From the NCBI GenBank assembly GCA_964448115.1, contig CAYUVA010000026.1, forward strand, positions 1 through 60,246: DNA of 60,246 nucleotides. Reading direction: 5' to 3'. The stretch is from an uncultured bacterium (GTDB lineage Bacteria > CAYUVA01). A program made the position numbers and the translations under genes. How positions within the stretch are numbered: the first letter of the stretch is position 1; every line of letters starts with the position of its first letter. The notes under the pieces were generated by a model that saw nothing but the letters and a program-made list of their open reading frames with translations, had not been told where the DNA came from and searched no databases. Of the stretch, positions 47,940-55,765 are shown piece by piece.

Positions 47940-48169
47940 AGTTGACCTCCATGGTGGTTAACAAAAGTGTATTATCATCCTTAGTTTGTTTTCTTAGCAC
48001 TCATTTCAGAGACAATTTATATTCCCATGTTGTTTAAAAGTAACATAACAATAAGTACTTGTAAAGGACTAAAGGTTTATCCACAGAAAATTTTTATTGT
48101 GGGTTTATTATGAATATGATAAGATCATGCGTGATCGCTAATTCAAATATAACAAAAAGGAGTAATGAA

Positions 48170-50794
48170 ATGAAAGCAGGCAGAATGGCGTTGTTTTTAA
48201 TGCTATTATCGCTTGGTGTCGGTCTGATGGCACTTTTTATCCTCGGCTGCGAGGATGATGACAACGGTGGTGAAACCGCTGACTTTGTCTTCACAGCCCC
48301 GGGTCTTGAGGATCCGGTTCGCATCTATCGCGACGACCTTGGAATAGTACATATCTACGCAAAGTGTCTTAATGATCTATATTACGCCCAGGGTTACATG
48401 CAGGCTCATGATAGATTCTGGCAGATGGATCTTTATCGCAGAGTGGGGGGAGGAAGGCTAACCGAGATACTTGGTGGATTGCCACCGGTCATCGAAAACG
48501 ACATCTATTATAGAACGCTTTTCATGGGGGCTGACGGTGTTAGCGTGCTAGATACCATCTACCAAAACATGGATGAGACCACCAAGACATATCTTGAGGC
48601 TTACACCGATGGAATAAACTTTTACCTCGACAAGCTAGGGGCAGGTGAGGAATACACCTATATGCCTGAGGAGTATCACACCTTCATCGTCAATGTGGAT
48701 AACCTTGAAAAGTGGGATCCTAAGGACACGATAGCTATCGGGAGACTACAGACATGGGACTTAAGCGGTTCTATAGGTGAGGAGCTAGACTTAACCGAAT
48801 GGCTTATGTCGCTTCCGGCAGATGTGTTCAGCATGACCGTGCTAAGCAAGCCTGCGGTTCCGGTTAGCATTTTTCCAAGCGCAGGAGCGACAAGCAGCAA
48901 TGATGCGACTCCAGATTATGCAGCGATAAAAAGCCGTCTGGGAGTCTTCATAGATCAGGCGCTACTAAGGCAGACCAAAGAGAAGATAAAGCGCATAGAA
49001 TCTTATAAATTCCACAATATTGATAAACCATACAGCAACAACTGGGCTTTATCCCCCTCTATAACCGATGGATTAGGCACCCTCTGCTTCAATGACCCGC
49101 ATCTTGGGACCCAGAATCCCCCTATATTCCACTTTGCCCACCTGGTTTGCGAGGATGCTGCTGAACCGATGAATGTGATGGGTGTCTCCTTCCCCGGAAC
49201 GCCAGGCATTGTTATCGGGCACAACGAGCATATAGCCTGGGGGGACACGGTGGTAGGGTATGATGTTACTGATATCTACCAGGAGACTCGAACCACGGAT
49301 TCTGAGGGTAACGATGCAGTTTTGTTCAATGGCGAGGCGGTTCCTATTATCAAGGTGCCTGTTACCCTTAAGCTCGGTCCGGGGGAGGATGCGCCGACCC
49401 AGGAGGAGATCATAGAAGTCGTTCCTCATCACGGACCTATCCTTGCCGAGTTATCCGATGGTGATAAGGCTTACTCAATAAGGTGGACAGGACATGAGCC
49501 GACCAACGAGATCAAGGCATTCTTCGAGTTGAACAAGGCTACCACCGTGCTGGAGGCTTTCGATGCGCTGAAGCACTTCGGGACTGGTGCCCAGAACTTC
49601 GTAATCGCAGACAAGGACGGCAATATCGGCTACTATCCACATGCGCTAGTACCAATTAGGGAGAACATAGACCAGTATCCGCCGTATTTTGTCCTTCCTG
49701 GAACCGGCGGCGCCGAGTGGATCGGTTATATCCCCGATGATCGGCTGCCCCAGTTGTACAACCCAGAGACCGGCTTCATTGCGACCTCGAACAATGATAT
49801 CTATGGAACCACCTTTGATAACAATCCGCTTAACGATGAGTATTACTGGTACTTCAGCGCTGATATAGGCTTCAGGGCAGGCAAGATCGAGGAGCTGATA
49901 AACAAGTTCATTTATGCTGATACCAAGACAATGGAAGACCTGAAGGCGATCCAGACCGATATCTACGATCCCTTTGCCGAGCGACTGGCTCCCCATTTCG
50001 TCAACGCAGCGACCAATTATCCTGACCTGGTGGAGCAGTATGGCATACAGTGGGCGGTCGATTACCTCAATAATATGAGCTATTACTGCTATTCTGGCTA
50101 TGATGAGCAGTTCAACCAACTGGCAGAGGGTGAGCAGGTCGATGCCAGCATTGCCACCTCCATCTTCTTCGCTGCTGCGAATAGGCTTGGAGAGCTGATA
50201 TACGAAGATGAGTTCGAGAGCTATGGAACCTCTGAGCCTGGCTGGGATTATAAGACCAAGGCGGTACTGGCTGCTATCGAGGATACTAGCGGCGCTTACG
50301 ACCGCTTCTTTGATGACATTACCACAGCCGATGTTGAGACCAAGGACATGATACTTCTAAAGGCTCTGAATCAAGCTGTGCAGTGGCTCTCAGGGGATGA
50401 TGGCTTCGGCACCTCTGATTATACCACCTGGCGATGGGGAGATCTCCATTACTGGAAGCTGGAACATGCTTTTTCCAGCTTTGGTTATAAGGCTCTGGAT
50501 TATGGACCCTTCCCCGGACATGGTGGAGACTATACGGTCTGCGCCTCTCGATTCTCTACTAGCTATTCGAACTTCAAGATACGATCCGGCGCCAACTGCC
50601 GACTGGCATACAGGGTTACTGAGGGCAATGTCGAGGCTTTTGATGCATTCCCAGGAGGGAATGTTGCCATCAAGGACGAGCCCTACCGGTATAACCTGAT
50701 GGACGACTATGTTAACCGAAACTACTTCACACACCTCTTCTACGAGGATGATGTGATGGCGAGAAAGGTGCTTTACATAAAGCTAACTCCTTAG
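48170..50794 (+). CDS. Penicillin acylase family (S45) Ntn-hydrolase, predicted lipoprotein
   Basis: Lipobox ILGC; RDDLGIVHIYA, AQGYMQAHDRFWQMDL, SNNW nucleophile, NDPHL, WRWGDLH. Confidence 0.9.
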   Translation: MKAGRMALFLMLLSLGVGLMALFILGCEDDDNGGETADFVFTAPGLEDPVRIYRDDLGIVHIYAKCLNDLYYAQGYMQAHDRFWQMDLYRRVGGGRLTEILGGLPPVIENDIYYRTLFMGADGVSVLDTIYQNMDETTKTYLEAYTDGINFYLDKLGAGEEYTYMPEEYHTFIVNVDNLEKWDPKDTIAIGRLQTWDLSGSIGEELDLTEWLMSLPADVFSMTVLSKPAVPVSIFPSAGATSSNDATPDYAAIKSRLGVFIDQALLRQTKEKIKRIESYKFHNIDKPYSNNWALSPSITDGLGTLCFNDPHLGTQNPPIFHFAHLVCEDAAEPMNVMGVSFPGTPGIVIGHNEHIAWGDTVVGYDVTDIYQETRTTDSEGNDAVLFNGEAVPIIKVPVTLKLGPGEDAPTQEEIIEVVPHHGPILAELSDGDKAYSIRWTGHEPTNEIKAFFELNKATTVLEAFDALKHFGTGAQNFVIADKDGNIGYYPHALVPIRENIDQYPPYFVLPGTGGAEWIGYIPDDRLPQLYNPETGFIATSNNDIYGTTFDNNPLNDEYYWYFSADIGFRAGKIEELINKFIYADTKTMEDLKAIQTDIYDPFAERLAPHFVNAATNYPDLVEQYGIQWAVDYLNNMSYYCYSGYDEQFNQLAEGEQVDASIATSIFFAAANRLGELIYEDEFESYGTSEPGWDYKTKAVLAAIEDTSGAYDRFFDDITTADVETKDMILLKALNQAVQWLSGDDGFGTSDYTTWRWGDLHYWKLEHAFSSFGYKALDYGPFPGHGGDYTVCASRFSTSYSNFKIRSGANCRLAYRVTEGNVEAFDAFPGGNVAIKDEPYRYNLMDDYVNRNYFTHLFYEDDVMARKVLYIKLTP

Positions 50795-50831
50795 CTTTGA
50801 CTCTCTTTCGTCAAGCGAAGCTCCAATCAAC

Positions 50832-50858
50832 GCCCCTTGTGTGCAATACACAAGGGGC
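50832..50858. terminator. Hairpin between convergent genes (possible bidirectional terminator)
   Basis: GCCCCTTGTGT-GCAAT-ACACAAGGGGC. Confidence 0.55.
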
Positions 50859-50916
50859 ATCTTAATTCCATTGGGTGCTTATCCCGATTAGGGTCTGGAG
50901 TTGCGAAAGGCTCTTA

Positions 50917-53379
50917 TTATTCTTCACCAAGGATTATGATCCTGGTTTTTCCCCTAGATTCTGTCTTAATGATTAAAGACTCGGCTCCGTAATCATCGAC
51001 ATATCTACACCAGCCATAGGCTGCCCAGCTAAGCGCTTGTTCATCTTCATATCGCTCTGCCAGCAGACCATCGATGAACACCATGTGCGCGCCATGACCG
51101 ATCATAACCTTGAAACAAAGGTTCTTTCTAGGCAGCCCCTGGTAGGTTATCTTTATAGCCCCACCAGGGTCGGTTTTAACTCGTGTTTTTGAGCCATCAT
51201 ATAGCTCAAACTTCGAGACTTCTGCACCAGGAAACACCAACCATCCCAGCTTATGGTCATCATCAAGATGGTTTATCCCCCAAGGCTGGCTGCGATCCCA
51301 TATATTCGGAGAGCGAAAGTTGTATGGTATTGTGCTTCCAGCCTTTATAAAGACAGGCATCCGGTTAAGCGCATAAGCCCTGCTGTGATATCTATCGCCC
51401 TCGAATCGCTCTGCAGTGAAGAAGTCATACCAGCTTCCAGGGGGAAGATACACCGCCCTCATCGCTTTTCTGTGGTGTTCGCTATAGACGGGTGCGACCA
51501 GTATCTCTTCTCCAAGGAAATATTCGATCTGCTCCTTGTAGGAGATGGGATGGTTCGGATAGTACAGGGCAAGCGCCCTTATGATAGGCAAGCCGGTGCG
51601 ATGCGCCTGCAATGAATATGAATAAAGGTATGGAAATAGTTCGGTATGGATCACAGCATACTTGCGATAGATATCGATTGCCTCCTGGTCGATATCCCAA
51701 GGTTCATGGATTCCCCTCCCCCCAGTCTCCATTATTGGACAGAAGGCACCGAACTGCGCCCAGCGTAAAAAGGTTATCTTGGAGGGCATCATGAATCCGA
51801 GCTTAGGGGTATATCCTTCATAGCCCCCGATATCGGATCCCCAGAATGGAAAGCCGGAAAGCCCGATGTTCTGCCCTGCCCTGACGCATGCCTTCATGCC
51901 CTGTGGATCCCTGAGATACGAGAATTGATCCCCAGCCCAGAAGCCTTTTATCAAGGTTCTTGAGCCAATATATCCACTTCTGGGTATGACCAGGTAATCA
52001 TCAATGCCGAGTTCCTCGAAGGCATCGCAGGTCGCCTTGGCATACAAATAAGGGTACTGGTTATGAACATAACTGTTAGGGAATCCGCTGTTGTAGATAG
52101 CTGAATCTCCCAGATCCTCCTCACCGCGATCCAGCTTCACTCCATCTATGCCGAGAAGTATCAGCTTTTGAACCTTGTTCTTCCACCATTCACGAGCCTG
52201 GGGGTTTGTAAAATCCACATGCGGATGCTCTCGATAGCGAACTTTCTGCACCAGGTATCCTTTTTTCAATGCCTCCTGGTAGTTTACCGATGTTGGACGG
52301 ATGAAAGGGCTGAGCCAGACAAGAAACCTGCATCCGAAGCTGTGAATGGTTTCGATCATCTTTTTCGCTTCCGGGAAATACCTAGGATGGAAACTCAGGT
52401 CGCCCTGCACGAAACCGCTCTCAGGATCAGCGCCCTCCCAAGGATTATCAAGCCAGATCGAGCCTAACGGTATTCCCAGGTGGCTCATCATTTGAACATC
52501 CTCGTATAATTCGTTGCTATCATGATAGCGATCTCGCCACTTGTGGGGGGAAAAGACCCATTTGGGCGGTAGTGGTGGCTTACCATTGACTGAAGCAAAT
52601 TTGGATATTACATCGAGAGGGTTCTTTCCAAGTATTACTTGATATGAGAACTCTTTATCCTGCACCGACCAGCTTATCAAGTCCCTATCAACCCCAGGAT
52701 CCCCCAGGCTTGCCCATCCCCTAGCGTAAGTATCCATGAATATTGCATATCCTTTTGAGCTAATAATAAGCGGCATCAGGATCTCCATGCTGTCATTCAT
52801 GTAGGCTGCGCTCTTTTCCTCCGAGCCGCCCCTGGGGTGGTGGACCCAGAAACTGAACGTTCTGCCCCGTTGATCAATGGCATTGAAGTGCTGTCCTCCG
52901 CCCATCAGATGTTCTCTCTCGTCGAGCTTAAAGTTTTCGCAAATACGATTGATCGCGCTAGCTCGTTCCAGTTTGACACTAAACTTATATACATTCTCGC
53001 CTAGTTGCTTGATGGATAGATAAGCATAACGCCCTCCGCTGGTGGAACATGTAAGAAGCAATGTATCAGGCGCAATCCTTAGGTACTTTATAACCTTAGT
53101 AAGCCGATACCAGCTATACCCAACCCTGAAAGAGAAGGGGCGGCGGTTTTTCTGCACAGTATCCGGCTCTGGTTGACTTAGAACAATTACGCCATTTAGA
53201 TCCTCGAAGCGGTAATAGACAGGATCTTTATTTACTATCAATCTGATGTCTTGGTTTTGAATGGTTATGGTATCGTTCTGGTCGCTGATATAAAAAGCTT
53301 GCACGGTATCCAAGGAAAGCACAACAAGGGTAAGAGTAATGAGTATGAATGGCTTAACAATTAAAACTGGTCGCATCAT
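50917..53379 (-). CDS. Secreted glycoside hydrolase family 31
   Basis: PPLPPKWVF, WLDNPW, VDFTNPQAREWW, GIDGVKLDRGE (nucleophile), WAGD (acid/base), WGSDIGG, RWAQFGAF, VYLPPGSWYDFFT. Confidence 0.9.
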   Translation of the reverse strand: MMRPVLIVKPFILITLTLVVLSLDTVQAFYISDQNDTITIQNQDIRLIVNKDPVYYRFEDLNGVIVLSQPEPDTVQKNRRPFSFRVGYSWYRLTKVIKYLRIAPDTLLLTCSTSGGRYAYLSIKQLGENVYKFSVKLERASAINRICENFKLDEREHLMGGGQHFNAIDQRGRTFSFWVHHPRGGSEEKSAAYMNDSMEILMPLIISSKGYAIFMDTYARGWASLGDPGVDRDLISWSVQDKEFSYQVILGKNPLDVISKFASVNGKPPLPPKWVFSPHKWRDRYHDSNELYEDVQMMSHLGIPLGSIWLDNPWEGADPESGFVQGDLSFHPRYFPEAKKMIETIHSFGCRFLVWLSPFIRPTSVNYQEALKKGYLVQKVRYREHPHVDFTNPQAREWWKNKVQKLILLGIDGVKLDRGEEDLGDSAIYNSGFPNSYVHNQYPYLYAKATCDAFEELGIDDYLVIPRSGYIGSRTLIKGFWAGDQFSYLRDPQGMKACVRAGQNIGLSGFPFWGSDIGGYEGYTPKLGFMMPSKITFLRWAQFGAFCPIMETGGRGIHEPWDIDQEAIDIYRKYAVIHTELFPYLYSYSLQAHRTGLPIIRALALYYPNHPISYKEQIEYFLGEEILVAPVYSEHHRKAMRAVYLPPGSWYDFFTAERFEGDRYHSRAYALNRMPVFIKAGSTIPYNFRSPNIWDRSQPWGINHLDDDHKLGWLVFPGAEVSKFELYDGSKTRVKTDPGGAIKITYQGLPRKNLCFKVMIGHGAHMVFIDGLLAERYEDEQALSWAAYGWCRYVDDYGAESLIIKTESRGKTRIIILGEE

Positions 53380-53489
53380 TTTAGGGACTTTAGTGTTTTG
53401 CAGCCTTTCAGTCAAGAGAGTAATAAAAAACAAACCAGGATAAAACCTAGTAGTTCACTACCAACCTGTTTTATGCTACCAATATCTCG

Positions 53490-55295
53490 ATGCCTAATAG
53501 GAACCTCTTAGCAGTTATTATTGCCCTAATAATAGTGGTCGTGATCGTCTGCTCATCAGCAGCGCCAGGACAAGACGAAAATCTCGGCATCATCTTTGTC
53601 GTGCTCGATGCCTGCCGCGCTGATAGGCTCTCGTGCTTTGGATATGATCGACCTACCTCACCAGCCATGGATAAGCTCGCTGAGAGCGGTATCATCTTAG
53701 TAAATCATTATTCACAAGCCCCGGAGACGATACTTTCTATGCCGCAGATATTCTGTTCAAGGTACTTCCCAACTCCGCTGGAGAGCTCAAGAAACTGGAG
53801 AAGGCAGTTCAAGATCGCCCTCGATGACGAGATTATTTTTACCAAACTCTTGCAGCAGTCAGGATATTACACCGCTGCGTTTACTGCACACTCATTCTAT
53901 CCGCAAGAAGGCAAGCTGGCAGCCGCCTTTGATGAGTACCACTATGTGAACCCTAAGAGAAAATCCTCCTATGCTGAGGCAGACCGAATGATAGAGGAGA
54001 GTATCAGGTGGATCAAGATAAACCGCGGCAAGAATTACTTTCTTTATATCCATCTGATGGACACCCATTTCCCCCATTTTATAAGGAAGGGCTATCGGGA
54101 TTGGATAACAGGCAAGTTAACCTACAGAGCCATAGAAAAAACGCTCGATTGGATACAACACGAGCCTGATTTTTACTCGGATGAGCTGAAAAAACTGTTT
54201 TCTGACCTCCATGACATGAGCATCAGGTACACTGACGATCAACTGGCACGCCTGTTCAACTACTTGCGTAACGAGGGCTTGATAGAGGATACACTAATTA
54301 TCATCACCGCCGATCACGGCGAGGAACTTGGCGAGTATGGGGCTTTAGGGCATGGATACTCGCTTCGGGATGAGGAGCTCCATGTACCCTTGATTATCCA
54401 TTATCCAAGAGGCTTTCCCCAAGCTCGCAGGGTAGATTTTTTAACGTAGCATGTTGATATAGCGCCTACGATACTGGATATCTGCCAGGTGGATCTGCCT
54501 GATGGATTTCGAATGGCCGGCAAGAGCATGGTTCCCTTGTTATCTGGAAAGTCCGTCAAGCCGCTGCACCGCTATACATTCGCCTGGGGAACAAAGGGAA
54601 TGATGGGGATCAGGGACCAGAAATACAAATATATTACGGCTGATGATAAGGAGTACTTGTACGACATGAATCTCAATGAGCAACCAGTTAATAATATCTC
54701 GGATAGATATCCCGAACTGCTAGCATCTTATCGAGCGGAGATCAGGAGATTCATCAAGTTGAAAGTTCGCTATGAACATGCAGGATATAAGGAGCCGGAT
54801 AAGCCATTCACCGTCATGTTCCCTCTGGAAGCTGAACCTTCCAGCAGCTATTCTACCATGCACCAGCCGCTTGGAAACAAGTGGATCTTCAAGCCGTTTC
54901 GTAAGCTTTCCTTCAAGGGCTATACCGATCATCCCCCGCGGATCGATCTTGAGCTTGATGCACCTTGTGGCACATATCGACTTTATTGCAAGGTTGATGT
55001 TATCCAATCGCCATCTCAGGATGATGAAAGGCTGCTTTTTGCAATAAAGCTACAAGGGGAGGACAAGTTCCGAGTAATTAGGGCTAAAGATTCCTTTACG
55101 AGCGGTTATGCCGAGGTCGGAGAGGTTAACATAGTAGATTCAACACTGATAGTAGCCCTTAAACCAATATCGGGCAGGAGCGATATCAGCATCACCGAGT
55201 TTCAGTTCGTGCCGCTCGATATCAAGACCAAGAAGTTGGAAAAGACTGAAAAACAACGCCTTGAGCGACTTAAAAGCCTCGGTTATATAGAGTAA
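53490..55295 (+). pseudogene. Secreted sulfatase-like (alkaline phosphatase superfamily) hydrolase/transferase interrupted by one in-frame TAG at 54447-54449
   Basis: LDACRAD, HLMDTH, TADHGE, HVPLII, then FLT*HVDIAPTILD continuing in frame to a typical LKSLGYIE end. Confidence 0.75.
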
Positions 55296-55621
55296 ATCGA
55301 GGATAGACCTCGCTGGATGGATATCTAAACGAGTCTTGAAAATCGAGTTCGGAAATTACTTAAAAAGATTTGCTATTATAATGACAATATAATTCCCTAT
55401 TTCGGGTGATTTTAATAAAGATGATAACATATCTGGCTTTACTTGGAGGTGAAACCATGAAATGGATACTAGGTGCCGACTCCTGTTTGTAGGGGATCTC
55501 CTAATACACGAAATTATTTGTGCTAGTAATATTGATATCAATGATTGATAAATGATATAAATTATATATTATTATAATACAATAATAATTTACCTAGATA
55601 TTGATAACTGCTTTTAAAAAA

Positions 55622-55637
55622 TGTTCCATGTGGAACA
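55622..55637. promoter_or_regulatory. parS: parS-like centromere site
   Basis: TGTTCCATGTGGAACA, one mismatch from the palindrome TGTTCCACGTGGAACA; intergenic, with symmetry extending into AAAA/TTTT flanks. Confidence 0.7.
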
Positions 55638-55765
55638 TTTTGCGAGATTACAGGATCGAAGGATCAGGGGTAGGTGCTTAATTGAGATATTAGGATCGCT
55701 AAACAACCATAATTTTTGATGCAATAACTGGATATTCGCTTGATACTTTTGCGACCTGGCAGAAT

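Noticed and set aside
48077-48085. Perfect DnaA box TTATCCACA between infC and the acylase
   Set aside because: A single 9-mer in an AT-rich spacer can occur by chance and there is no box cluster, so it is not called oriC. A regulatory role cannot be excluded.
54447-54449. Genome-wide TAG reassignment
   Set aside because: Conserved genes here (pilC, uvrC, saccharopine dehydrogenase) end at TAG at their expected C-termini, and no other gene shows an internal TAG.
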